From Collimonas sp. UBA1456 (GTDB lineage Bacteria > Pseudomonadota > Gammaproteobacteria > Burkholderiales > Burkholderiaceae_D): a stretch of DNA of 55,960 nucleotides. The stretch lies in the NCBI GenBank assembly GCA_002325825.1, contig DCSW01000102.1, positions 1 to 55,960 on the forward strand, given 5' to 3'. Position numbers and translations under genes: made by a program. This document shows, piece after piece, positions 23,685 through 39,280 of this stretch (within the stretch, counting starts at the first letter, position 1; each line of letters starts with the position of its first letter). The notes below the pieces were generated by a model. The model was not told the origin of the DNA, searched no databases, and worked only from the letters and a program-made list of their open reading frames with translations.

Positions 23685-24487
23685 CAGCGACGGACCTTCA
23701 GCTCCAGACCCTCGGCCAACGACTTGCCGGGATAATGGAACGGCACCGGGCCGTCCGGTTCGGCATTCACGAACTGCTTGACGTAAGTGTGCTGCGAAGA
23801 GCGCATCTCAGCGGGCGTACCTTGCGCCACAATCTGGCCCTGCGACAAGAAGTACACATAATCAGCAATCGCGAACGATTCGTTGACATCATGCGACACC
23901 AGAATGCTAGTCGAACCAAGCGCGTCGTTAAGCTTACGAATAAGGTTGGCGGTGACACCAATCGAAATCGGGTCTAATCCAGCAAACGGTTCGTCATACA
24001 TGATCAGCGACGGATCGAGAGCAATCGCGCGCGCCAGTGCCACCCGCCGCGCCATGCCGCCGGAAATTTCTGACGGCTTCAATTGCGCTGCATTGCGCAA
24101 ACCAACCGCATTCAATTTTAGCAACACCAGCTTGTTAAGCAGATCCGGCGGCAGATCGGCATGTTCTCGCAGTGGGAAGGCAACATTCTCAAACGCCGTC
24201 AAATCGGTGAACAACGCCCCGCCCTGAAACAGCATGCCCATCTTGCGGCGTAGCGCATACAGAGCCTTGGTCGATAAGGTATGCACAGTTTTGTTGTCGA
24301 CCTTGACGCTGCCCGCTTGCGGCCGCAACTGACCACCGATCAGCCGCAATATGGTGGTCTTGCCGGAGCCGGAACCTCCCATGACGACAATCACTTTGCC
24401 GCGTGCGAAGTTCATGTTGAGTCCCGATAAAATCGCTCTCTCGCCATAGCCAAATTGCAAATCACGGATTTCGATAATATTTGTCAC
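23684..24487 (-). CDS. mlaF: Mla ABC ATPase MlaF
   Basis: GGSGSGKT, SGGMARRVALARA and YDEPFAGLDP motifs; likely GTG start at 24487. Confidence 0.94.
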   Translation of the reverse strand: MTNIIEIRDLQFGYGERAILSGLNMNFARGKVIVVMGGSGSGKTTILRLIGGQLRPQAGSVKVDNKTVHTLSTKALYALRRKMGMLFQGGALFTDLTAFENVAFPLREHADLPPDLLNKLVLLKLNAVGLRNAAQLKPSEISGGMARRVALARAIALDPSLIMYDEPFAGLDPISIGVTANLIRKLNDALGSTSILVSHDVNESFAIADYVYFLSQGQIVAQGTPAEMRSSQHTYVKQFVNAEPDGPVPFHYPGKSLAEGLELKVRR

Positions 24488-24711
24488 TACATCCCCAGAA
24501 TAAACATCAAGGTAACTATTGTGGTGCGCAAGCGACGATCGTTCAGAGCTTCGCGATAGTTGGCTGATGACCATGTGCCGCTATTACAACAATTTGACTC
24601 TTGCTTTTCGGTATCATAAAACTGCTTCCGGATAAAAAGAACGCCAGCTGGAGTAAACCGCAGGCATGCTCTTGCATCATCAGTTATGAATTGACAATGA
24701 AATTTATACAA

Positions 24712-26175
24712 TCAACGCGGCAGTACCGAGGCTCCCATCAGGAACTCGTCCACGGCGCGCGCGCACTGGCGACCTTCGCGGATCGCCCATACCACCAGCG
24801 ACTGGCCGCGGCGCATGTCGCCGGCGGCGAACACCTTGTCGACCGATGTCTTGTAGCAACCTTCGCCATCGGCGTTGGCCTTGGCGTTGCCGCGCGCGTC
24901 CTGTTCGACGCCGAAAGCTTCCAGCACCTGCGTCACCGGCGAGACGAAACCCATCGCCAAAAATATCAGGTCGGCTTTCATTTCGAATTCCGAGTTCGGT
25001 ACCTCGTGCATCTTGCCGTCTTTCCACTCGACACGGGCAGCGACAAGCTTCTCGAGCTTGCCGTTCTTGCCTTCCAGGCGCTTGGTAGTCACTGCCCAAT
25101 CGCGATCGCAGCCTTCTTCATGAGATGACGAAGTACGCAGCTTGGTCGGCCAGTACGGCCATACCAGTGGCTTGTTTTCCTGCTCAGGTGGTTGCGGCAT
25201 CAGTTCCAACTGCTGGATTGATAGCGCACCCTGGCGGTTGGAAGTACCAACGCAATCGGAGCCGGTATCGCCGCCGCCGATCACCACCACGTGCTTGCCG
25301 CCTGCCAGAATCTGATCCTTGACCTTGTCTCTGGCATTGATCTTGTTTTGCTGCGGTAGGAAATCCATCGCGAAATGCACGCCCTTCAACTCACGCCCAG
25401 GCACCGGCAAATCGCGCGGCTGCTCAGCGCCGCCAGCGATGATCACTGCATCGAACTCGACTTTCAGTTCATCTGGCAAGATGGTTTTCTTGGCCCCGTT
25501 GTTCACATTCGATGGAAAGTCTTTGCCGACCAGCACGCCGGTACGGAATATCACACCTTCAGCCTCCATCTGCTCCATGCGACGATCGATGTGCGATTTT
25601 TCCATCTTGAAATCGGGGATACCGTAGCGTAGCAGGCCACCGACGCGATCGCTTTTTTCAAACACGGTGACGTCATGGCCGATACGCGCCAACTGCTGAG
25701 CAGCAGCCAAACCAGCAGGGCCGGAGCCGACAACAGCAACTTTTTTCCCGGTCTTCACCAACGCCGGTTGCGGCACGATCCAGCCGTTTTCCCAGCCCTT
25801 GTCAACGATGAAATGTTCGATCGACTTGATGCCGACCGGATCGCTGTTGATACCAAGGGTACAGGCACTCTCGCATGGCGCCGGACAGATGCGGCCAGTG
25901 AATTCCGGGAAGTTGTTCGTCGAATGCAAGGTCTCCAAAGCCTCGTGGTAAGCACCGCGATACACCAGGTCATTCCAGTCGGGAATGATATTATTCACTG
26001 GACAGCCGTTATTGCAGAACGGAATGCCGCAATCCATGCAACGCGCGCCCTGCGTCTTAGCTTCGTCGTTGCTCAGACCGAGGATAAATTCCTTGTAATG
26101 CTTCTTGCGTGCCACTGGTGCTTCATACGTTTCACCAACCCGCTGAAACTCCATAAAACCCGTTACTTTTCCCAT
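24712..26175 (-). CDS. gltD: Glutamate synthase, small subunit
   Basis: [19 protein letters not shown] and [14 protein letters not shown] motifs. Confidence 0.97.
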   Translation of the reverse strand: MGKVTGFMEFQRVGETYEAPVARKKHYKEFILGLSNDEAKTQGARCMDCGIPFCNNGCPVNNIIPDWNDLVYRGAYHEALETLHSTNNFPEFTGRICPAPCESACTLGINSDPVGIKSIEHFIVDKGWENGWIVPQPALVKTGKKVAVVGSGPAGLAAAQQLARIGHDVTVFEKSDRVGGLLRYGIPDFKMEKSHIDRRMEQMEAEGVIFRTGVLVGKDFPSNVNNGAKKTILPDELKVEFDAVIIAGGAEQPRDLPVPGRELKGVHFAMDFLPQQNKINARDKVKDQILAGGKHVVVIGGGDTGSDCVGTSNRQGALSIQQLELMPQPPEQENKPLVWPYWPTKLRTSSSHEEGCDRDWAVTTKRLEGKNGKLEKLVAARVEWKDGKMHEVPNSEFEMKADLIFLAMGFVSPVTQVLEAFGVEQDARGNAKANADGEGCYKTSVDKVFAAGDMRRGQSLVVWAIREGRQCARAVDEFLMGASVLPR

Positions 26176-26315
26176 TTTTCACTCACATTTTTAGTAATTG
26201 CGGGACAGAGCTCAAGAGCCACCGCCGTGCGGCAAATGATTTTCTCCGTGCGATCCTGTCCGCAACTAATCAGATACGAAATTACCAAAAAATGACTGCG
26301 CCTCAAATAAAGGAT

Positions 26316-31004
<4,689 letters not shown>

Positions 31005-31075
31005 AACGTTGCTCCACTACTTTAAGTGTAAGGATATCAAGAATAGTGCTGTCAGTTGCAGACTTCAACTCCAAA

Positions 31076-31143
31076 AATCGGAGTCATAGTCAAATTAAAA
31101 ACACCACTTCCAGAAAAAATTTAATTAGGATCAGAGTTAATTT
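31076..31143 (+). repeat. Two REP-like motifs downstream of the RAYT gene
   Basis: AATCGGAGTCATAGTCAAATT (31076-31096) and AATTAGGATCAGAGTTAATTT (31123-31143); the latter shares 15 consecutive bp in inverted orientation with 31955-31969. Confidence 0.6.
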
Positions 31144-31173
31144 AGTGCGATTAATGCCAATCCCGCTCGATTA

Positions 31174-31907
31174 TTATTTTTTTGATGTCTTTGGCAACGG
31201 TGTTTGCGCTGCATTAATTTCCACCTTAAACGGCCGCCCACGCTTGGATGGACGCACTCTCGCCGCACCTTGCTTTTCCGACTTAGCCTGGAATTCATCA
31301 AACTCCAGAGGCCGGCCATCATTTGTAGCCTCAATCAACTGATTAGACTGACTGGATGTAAGCGCTTGCTTAGTCATGGATTTATACTTAGCTTCAAGAT
31401 CGAACGGCGTATTACCCAAATCCCCATACATCGCATGATCGGTTTACCAGCGTGTCCGACTTGATACCAATATGGTGCAGATAACTTCATCAGGGATACT
31501 CGCCCGGCGTTAAAGTGATGCCTGCCTGCACCGGATTCTGGTCGACATAGCAACTGCACAGCATGAAATCGCGCTCTTAAGCGATCACCGTCGACCTGTA
31601 GCACCCTTGCCACAAAGTCCCTTCACGGGCGCATTTCTGATTGAAATAAGGTACGTAATGCCGCCCGACACATTGCATCATCCGCGCCAATTCCTCGACG
31701 TCGCTAGGCGTCGCCAGCAAATGGATATGGTTAGTCATCAGCACATAACCATGGATCGCCACCTTGAACTGCTTAGCCGCATCGCGCAAACGGCCAAGAA
31801 AACTCACATAATCTTCGGTATCATGGAAAATCCGCATGCCGATCAACACCATGCTGGATGAGATGATGTGGCTGGTTCGGAATAACGAAGCGAGGTAAAC
31901 GGACCAT
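31174..31907 (-). pseudogene. REP-associated tyrosine transposase (RAYT, Y1 HUH family)
   Basis: MVRLPRFVIPNQPHH.., YVLMTNHIHLL (HUH), GTLWQG.Y, CYVDQNPVQAG (YIELNPVRAG-like), EYP**SY, RGRP; contains stops and frameshifts. Confidence 0.85.
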
Positions 31908-31948
31908 GGTAAAAAAGAAAAAATTTAGATGTCCTCATTTTATCCACC

Positions 31949-32021
31949 AATTCGACTCTGATCCTAATTTTTTTCATTAATTTAGGTCGAAGTCAAATTG
32001 TTTTGACTTCGACCTAAATTA
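31949..32021. repeat. REP-like motif followed by a perfect palindrome with 20-bp arms, upstream of RAYT
   Basis: AATTCGACTCTGATCCTAATT (31949-31969); TAATTTAGGTCGAAGTCAAA-TTGT-TTTGACTTCGACCTAAATTA (31978-32021). Confidence 0.75.
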
Positions 32022-32023
32022 TC

Positions 32024-32228
32024 TAGCTTATGGCCTCGAAGGCGGGGGAGCTGTAGTCGCAGCGGTGGATCAGGTAGGTTGTGATTTGGCCGGCAGGCGG
32101 TCAGCACCAGGCGTTTGTAGTTGCGGGAAAATAGGCTGACGCCCAGCGATTGTTCCAGTTGACGGATGCAGGTAGTGACATTCGATTGTAACCGATGTAA
32201 TTATTCGGCCGCGGGGATGATGCCGTAT
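32024..32228 (-). pseudogene. LysR-family regulator, HTH remnant
   Basis: [37 protein letters not shown]. Confidence 0.8.
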
Positions 32229-32544
32229 GCCCAGCATCAATTTGAATTCCCGCGCTCAGAATCAGTTATTTGCGGCGCAGCTCGATCTTCGTTATCCGAT
32301 CGCGCAAGATCCCATGAACGGCATTTTGCCAATCGAACTGGTGAAGCAAGTCTGCAACGCCGGCAGCCCGGGCTCGCTTGCGTCGGCATCGTTGTTGCCG
32401 TCGGTGATCATCGAAGCAGTCAAGACAATTCGTCAGCTGACGATGTGGCCTTTCAACGTCAGTTTGTTCATCCTGGAGAACAGCCAGTCCGCAGAGGCAG
32501 AAATCGCACCGACAGAAAAACTGCTGCGGCCTTGTCGCAACTAC
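32227..32544 (+). pseudogene. Nitronate monooxygenase-family protein, N-terminal remnant
   Basis: LDLRYPIAQDPMNG..VCNAGSPGSL..IRQLTMWPFNVSLF, against the family pattern PIIQAPM..VSNAGGLGSL..RPFNVNLF. Confidence 0.75.
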
Positions 32545-33870
32545 CTACGAACCAAAATAGTAGTTAAACTCCAACCACCCCTGACGGCCGTAAGGATTAT
32601 AATTTGGAATAGCATAATACGGCCAACCGGCACTAGTGTCTTGCTTGACCGAGTTGAAGACATTATTGACGATCAGCGATATCGAAGCGCGTGGATTGAT
32701 CTGGTAGCTAGCGCTTAGATTGACCAATGCAAACGACGAAATGCGGCCGGTCTGGCTGGCATTCGGCAAGCTGCCGTAATGCGCAGCCTGCACCGTCCTG
32801 GTCTACGGGCCGCGCAGCCAGGTGTACCGTTGATATTGACCCTGGAATCCCAACACGGATTGGTCAGCGAATTCAGCAGGTCTTGGGCAGGATCGTTGGC
32901 AAACTGCTTATAGTGATGGCCGAGCACCAGCGTATAGTTGGATTTAAATAGGAAGTCGCCAATGCCGTCGCCATTGATACGTCATTTTCCACTTATATTG
33001 AGGCTGCCGGTGCTTTCTTGTGCAGCATTGATCAGATTGATCAGGATTATCTGGACAGTGCGGCAACTGGCTTCGTTGCGAAGGATAATATCGGGATCAA
33101 AATTGGTGACCAGGTTATCGGTCTAGATGCCCAGAAATCAGCCGACACATCGAAGTTCGAACTAGGCGACCACGCTATGCCGTAGCTCCAGGATTTACCA
33201 TTCTCCAGTTTCAGGTCTTTGCTGTCGGATCGAACGAAATTAGCACCTGGCGAATAATTATTGTATTCGCAGCCGGCCAGTGGTTGCCAGTTTTTGGAGC
33301 AACGATAGTAGTCGGTAGTCGATGCATAATAACCGCGCGTGGTCGATTGATAGGTTTAGCTTATGTCCGACTCGCGGAAGCTGGTCGCGTAATTAACGCG
33401 CAACAGCAAGGTCTTGGCAGAACGAAATGCAAGACCGGTGTTGTAGGTAAATTTGTCATCGCGGCGCACGGAGAACGAGTAATCGTCATAGCGTTACCAA
33501 CGATGGTACCAGTCCATCCCTTAATCATCGGGATACTCAGCTCAGCTCCCCAGCGCATAGCGTTTGCATGAACCGCTGGCGCCCTCGTTTGACGCCTGGT
33601 TAAAAAATACGCCCTGGTTGATCTGCGCATCAGGCGTGTTGCTAAAATTCTGACTGCCGAATTCGGTAACGCCAGCTAGGCGCAACGGTCCTACCGACAG
33701 ATTGAACAGCTCACCATTGACGCTCAGGCTCAGGATCTGTGGCCAAGATTTGTCGAGGCTGACGGTTTGTAGCGTAATCAAATTGAATTCATCGGGCGTC
33801 AATAACTGATACAGTCTCTTTGGATCCGGCGCATAGATGGAAATACTGTCTGCGTCATAGCTGCGTTAGG
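32545..33870 (-). pseudogene. TonB-dependent receptor, C-terminal barrel remnant
   Basis: VNLSASYQ..SLIVNNVFN..NYNPYGRQGWLEFNYYF and LSVNGELFNL..GPL..; many stops and frameshifts. Confidence 0.8.
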
Positions 33871-33881
33871 ATGAAGGCGGC

Positions 33882-34030
33882 CTAATCCAGCATCCCATCC
33901 AGTTCGCCCGCTTCGACGGTCCGGTAAGCGAGATTACCGAGGTCCAACTGCTGGAGCAGCCAGATGCCGTATTGAGCGGCCGGCAGCGGCAGCGGCGCAG
34001 CGTCAGTCTCTTGCTCCTTGCGAGCAATAT
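33882..34030 (-). pseudogene. NRPS (EntF/DhbF-like), start of the condensation domain only
   Basis: LPLPAAQYGIWLLQQLD..AY, matching the C-domain LxxAQxGIW motif. Confidence 0.7.
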
Positions 34031-34035
34031 TTATC

Positions 34036-34520
34036 TTAGTTGTGCGGCGCCAGAAGGTGCCACCATTCGGCCAGCGTCGGGTGCTCCGCCGAGTCAACGA
34101 ACGTAAGGCTGCAGCCGCCGCACCGCCAGCGCTCGACCAGGCTCATCAGGCTAATCGAATCGGAGCCAACATGCAGTAAATGATCGTCAGCCCCTAAATC
34201 GGCGACCGGCATCTGCAGCAACGTCGCCACCTCCTTTTACAGCACAGCCATGCTGGCCGTTAAGACGCCGATGGTCGCCGGCAGTAAGCAGACAATCACA
34301 TCCTGCGCATTACTTGACAACGCCGCACCGCGGTGAAACGTAATCCAACGTCATCACATGTTGCCCTGCCGAGAAATCGGCCAGGGCAACGCCTACTAGG
34401 AATGGCTGTATGTCGCTCATGAAAGCTTCAGCGTTGATCATCAAGCAACCGATATACTCTAGCAAGGTTAGGATTGGCCTCTCCTTGTCATCGTAGAAAA
34501 TAGGAGGCGATTTGTTGAAT
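34036..34520 (-). pseudogene. Isochorismatase / aryl-carrier protein (EntB/DhbB-like)
   Basis: YIGCLMINAEAFMSDIQPFLVGVALADFS..H and carrier motif GSDSISLMSLVERWR..F..AEHPTLAEWW. Confidence 0.85.
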
Positions 34521-34549
34521 AACCTTGATGAGCTTGATCTTTTAGGTAA

Positions 34550-35866
34550 TTAAGGAGGAGTGTCCGCCTTGGCCAACTGTTCTGCGATGTGCTTGAGCAG
34601 GACGCGCTTGTTAACCTTGCCGATGCCGATCTTGGGAAATTGCTCGACGAACTCAATGCGATCAGGAATCTTGTAACCGGCGATGTCGCGTTCGCTCAGG
34701 AAACCAATCAGTTCGATTGCACGCAGGGGTCTGGCCGAATGTAATTACAGAAACTCAACTGGGCTCTCCCAGGTAAGCATCCGGCATGGCTACTGGGGCC
34801 ATGTCGTGCACGTTCGGATGCGTCAGCAGATGGTTTTCGACTTCATCGGCGGCCACCTTTTTGCCGCCACGATTGATCTGATCTTTAGAGCGCCCTTCCA
34901 CCACCAGATGACCGGACGGTAGCTGCGATACCAGATCTCCGGTACGATAAAATTCTTCGACATTGAACGCGCAGGCGTTGTGCTGTTCCGCCTTGTAATA
35001 GCCGCGTATGGCATAGGAAGACCAAGCGTCAGCAAATGGCCGACTGCACAGGGTGATACATCGCGGTCTTCATCATTCACGACGCGCACCTCATCCGCGT
35101 TGGACATCGTCCGCCCCTGGGTCGAACCGATCTGTAGTTCGATGTCGTCGTCGCGGGTATAGTTGGCCAGCCCTTCGGCCATACCGGATACCTGCTACAA
35201 AGAACAGCCGAGCACCGGCCACGTGCTGTGCAACTTCGGTGGTGAATTTAGCATCGCCAACCGGCAACAGCATTAAGCTTCTCAAATCATGACGCCGACT
35301 GTTATTAGGGGCGCCGGCCGCATCCAACCACCCCATCTACAGGCAATTGTCGGGCGTAAGCGGAATCTGCTTGGGCAGACCAATGCTGCCGCCAGAAAGC
35401 GGCAGGAGAGCAACGTCGGCGACGCGCGGCTCAGAAAAACTCCCGGGTGCGTCATACAAGCTGTCGAGCGCGCTGAACTCTGCTACCCCACCGATGACGG
35501 TGATATGGCGCAGCGGTGGGCAGGCAATGCAAACACCGGAATCGCCCCCAAACGAAACAAGGAAAAACACACGACAAAGAATTCTGCGATATTCGGCAGT
35601 TGCACCATCACTTGGTCGCGCGCACGAATGCCGTGTCGGTTAAAGCCTGCTGCCAGTTGGTCGCTGAGCTGGTCCAACCCACGGCAAATCCAACGCCGCA
35701 TGCCGCACATCAGCCATAAACGTGAGGGATATTGACGGGCGCGCTGGCACAGCATGTTGCCGAAAGTTTCGCCAATCCGGTAACCAGCGGTTCGGTAGGC
35801 CGCCGGGCTTGGAGCCGGCCAGGGCGCGAATCCAGGCAAATACTCAAGCTGGCTTAGAGTACTCAT
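34550..35866 (-). pseudogene. 2,3-dihydroxybenzoate-AMP ligase (EntE/DhbE-like)
   Basis: [60 protein letters not shown] and YKIPDR across frameshifts and deletions. Confidence 0.9.
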
Positions 35867-35883
35867 GACGGCAGCTGCGACGG

Positions 35884-36570
35884 TTAATCTTCCAGCAACA
35901 ACTCCAGATCCATAGCCGCTAGCATGATGCGCAGCTTGCCAGATGTTTCCAGCAATTTCCAGCGGCGACTTCGAACCCGCCACGATACCAGCGCCGACGC
36001 ACAGCGTCGCACTACCCGCGCTTAGCTCGGTGCAGCATCAGCACCCATTTACCGTCGCCCCGACTATCGCACCAGCCAACCAAGCCGGCGAAATGCCGGC
36101 GATCAACACCCTCCGTCGCGCGAATAAACCGGCCCGCCGGCGGCGCCGGGTGACCACTTACCGCAGGCGTCGGATGTAGCGCCAGCAACACCTGTAACGA
36201 AGTGGTGGCCAGCTCACCCAACACTTCGGCGGCCAGATCAATCGCAAAAGGTATATCCCAGAAGATTGCGCGCCGCTAATCACCGCAGCAGAGCCTGGAT
36301 GTCGAGTTGGACCTGAATTGTGATCGAGTGCGACAGCACGATTTTTTCGAAGCGTCCGTTACGAACTTCGGCCAGCGCGCTGTGCACGTTGTGGCGAAAA
36401 ATAGCACTGCTTTGACACCGTGTGCCAAGAATGAACGCCGCGGCGATGCAAAAATGTCGCGCCAAGCCTGGTAATCTTGAAGCGGTTCTGTAGTGCTAAC
36501 TGGATGTAAAAAGCAGGATGAAGTCGGTCGTTCATGATGATGAGCCTGCCAGAGAATGCGTGCCGGCATC
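35884..36570 (-). pseudogene. Isochorismate synthase (EntC/DhbC-like)
   Basis: EKIVLSH, LALHPTPAVSG, DRRHFAGLVGWCDSRGDGKW and GAGIVAGS motifs. Confidence 0.88.
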
Positions 36571-36689
36571 GTTCCATTAGACGCAGCCCGCTAGCGACGC
36601 AGTTAGTCGGCGACGACGGCGCAACACCCTGGAATCAAGTAGCCTATCGATACAGTCCGCGATACCGCCTAACCTGACGTAACTACTAG

Positions 36690-37560
36690 ATGCCAGCAGT
36701 ACAGGGCGCCCATAAACCAACCCTCACAAACCCAAGCCATCGTCATCGTCGCCGCCATCCATTTCGTCTACGTGCTCGATTCCATCATGCTGATGCCGAT
36801 CGCCCCCGATCTGGCAAAAGCATTAGTCTTCGCCAGCAATAAACTGGGCGGGCTATCGATGACATACACCTCGGCCGCGACAATCTCCGACCTGCTATCG
36901 GTAAGCTTGATCGACCGCTACGACCGTCGCTCGTTGCTGTTGCTGGCCTGCGGCACGGTCGGCCTGCGCACACTGGCAACGACTTCCGCCAGCGGCCTGT
37001 AGACGATGATGCTGGAACGCGCCCTGACCCGCCTGTGCTGCGGCCCCGCTATCGCGCTCGGCATGGAGATCGTCATCGACCGCATGCGCCACAGTCTGCT
37101 GGCCCAACCGGCAGTGCGCGCCGCCTGCCTGGTGAAGGCGCTGAGCCGATTCTCGGCCTTCCTGATGATCCCACAATTCCCCCGCCTATCTGCTGCTGAA
37201 CCTCGGTTTTTCCCGTGAACGCTCGGACATTCTGTATTTTACCGGCGGCGTCACCGCGCTAGTCACGTTACAACTTCTGGGCCGCTTGACCGACCGTGCC
37301 GACCGCAACGTCACCCTAGCAGCATTCATCAGCCAGATGCCGGTGACGCATGAGCAAGCTGACTTCATGTCGTTACGAAATATCATTCGAGATCTGGCGA
37401 TCACCGTTGCCGCAATCGTATCGAGCCTGATGCTGGACGAAGCAACCGACGGCAAGCTGATAGGAATACGCGCGATAGCATGGTTATCGGCAACCACGGC
37501 GGTAGCCATGGTGTGTTCGCTGGTATGTTTATTGCGACATTTGAGATTGGAAGAGAATGG
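36690..37560 (+). pseudogene. MFS transporter
   Basis: FVYVLDSIMLMPIAPDL..IDRYDRRSLLL motif A; internal stops and deletions. Confidence 0.75.
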
Positions 37561-37596
37561 AAAAGACCAACTAAGTCACCGATTTAGCAGGTCTTT
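37561..37596 (-). terminator. Probable (degenerate) ssb terminator
   Basis: Minus strand AAAGACCTGCTAA..TTAGTTGGTCTTTT hairpin ~25 bp after the ssb stop. Confidence 0.45.
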
Positions 37597-37621
37597 ATTT
37601 ACAGAATTAAACTACTGGATC

Positions 37622-38113
37622 TCAGAACGGAATATCGTCATCCATATCCGAGAAATTCGGCGCCGGGCGTGAAGCCGGGGCTTGCTGGCGCGCTGGGGCT
37701 ACCGGGGCACTGATATTTTGGCGTGCCGGTGGCGCGCTGTTGTAGCCATCGCCCATCGCTGGGCTACCGCCCTGGCCTTGACGGCTACCGAGCATCTGCA
37801 TGGTGTCGGCGATGATTTCGGTGGTGTAGCGTTCAGCGCCATCATTGTCTTGCCATTTGCGTGTCTGTAGGCGGCCTTCAACGTAAATTTGCGAGCCTTT
37901 TTTCAGATACTGGCCGGCGATTTCCGCGAGTTTGCGATAAAAAGTAATCCGATGCCATTCTGTCAGTTCTTTCTTTTCGCCGCTGTTCTTGTCCTTCCAA
38001 CTCTCCGTCGTGGCAACCGCAATGTTAGTGACTGGTTCGCCATTCTGCATGTAACGCGTTTCAGGGTCGCGACCTAGATTGCCGACGATAATGACTTTAT
38101 TGACCGATGCCAT
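37622..38113 (-). CDS. ssb: Single-stranded DNA-binding protein
   Basis: [24 protein letters not shown]. Confidence 0.98.
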   Translation of the reverse strand: MASVNKVIIVGNLGRDPETRYMQNGEPVTNIAVATTESWKDKNSGEKKELTEWHRITFYRKLAEIAGQYLKKGSQIYVEGRLQTRKWQDNDGAERYTTEIIADTMQMLGSRQGQGGSPAMGDGYNSAPPARQNISAPVAPARQQAPASRPAPNFSDMDDDIPF

Positions 38114-38310
38114 GTGATTCTCTCCTAAGTACCAATATCTTTAAAATACCTTGAAAACTGCTCTTGATGCATGGAGCCCGCAGGCGCTTGTTGCCTGACG
38201 TTACCTAACGGAACATGCTGCGCGGTGTGAGCTGCGCTGCTGCGGCCGTGATTGATTTCTGGCCGCGACGCGGTAAATTCTTCATACTGGATGCAATTAT
38301 AAGCCCGCAC

Positions 38311-38909
38311 AAGGTTGCCACCGCTCCTAAAATGAAAACCAATGGCGCCCCAACGTGCTGTTTAAGAAGTCACCCCTGACGCATCGCCGCAGAACAAACC
38401 TAACGCTCGCATGGTGTTGTAGACGCCCAGCACGGCGCCCTTGGCGGCTGATGGCACAATACGCGATACCAGCGATGGCTGGCTTCCAGCACATTCAAAG
38501 CAATGCCCCCCCAACAACAGCCATTGCCAGCGAATGATGTCGAGCGAAAAGTCAGCAACAATCATAGTTGCAAGAAAAATAACATGGCGACAGCAACATG
38601 AACGACGCCATCTGCGTTATGTGCAGTGCGAACATGCCGTAATTGAGGCGCATCAGTTCACCGTTGCGCAAGATCTCAGACCAGACCACACGCTTGGCAT
38701 TGATCAGCGGCACCAACGGCACCAGCCACAACACCACGACAATCGCCGTCGGCGGCAAGGCGCCGGTCAGGTCGATCCCTTCATATGGCAGCAACGAAAT
38801 GATCAACGACAAGGCAAGGACCGAAGCCAGCGAGGCACTCACGTTGACTTCGGCGCAGCTCATGCCGCTGTTGATCTCGCTATCGGAAGAATTAGACACA
38901 CTATTCATA
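38311..38909 (-). pseudogene. MFS transporter (YajR-like) between ssb and uvrA
   Basis: SASLASVLAL.., ELMRLNYGMFALHITQMA, QPSLVSRIVPSAAKGAVLGVYNT; large internal deletions; canonical position. Confidence 0.8.
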
Positions 38910-39280
38910 TTGAAAATGACCGGAAGTGGCGATAACGCCCGGCAGGCAGGCGCAACAAGCATGACGAATGCGTCGTACGGCAATCGGCAATTCCAGCCCG
39001 ATATAGTATCAGTGAAAGGGATCACAGTAGCTTGCGACTCTTCAAGATGCCGCTATGACAATAAGCATATGCGGCGCGTCGCTGCCTATTAGCGACAACC
39101 TACTTCCCGATCTGCACAAGGGACAGTGACAGCCGAGTTCTATAGGGCCAAACTTCAACATCTCGACCCTGATATAGTGTCGGGATATTAAAATTTGGGA
39201 TAGCGGCGGCAAGCCTTCCAGATATGAAATTGTAATTCCAACAAGCCAACACGGCCTTAAACCTACGCTGAAAGTTGTAG

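Noticed and set aside
26198-26267. Imperfect hairpin between gltB and gltD sharing 12 bp (AGTTGCGGACAG) with 48786-48797, a possible dispersed repeat
   Set aside because: A single 12-bp match is expected by chance in 56 kb; it may be a decayed intergenic repeat but cannot be supported from this window
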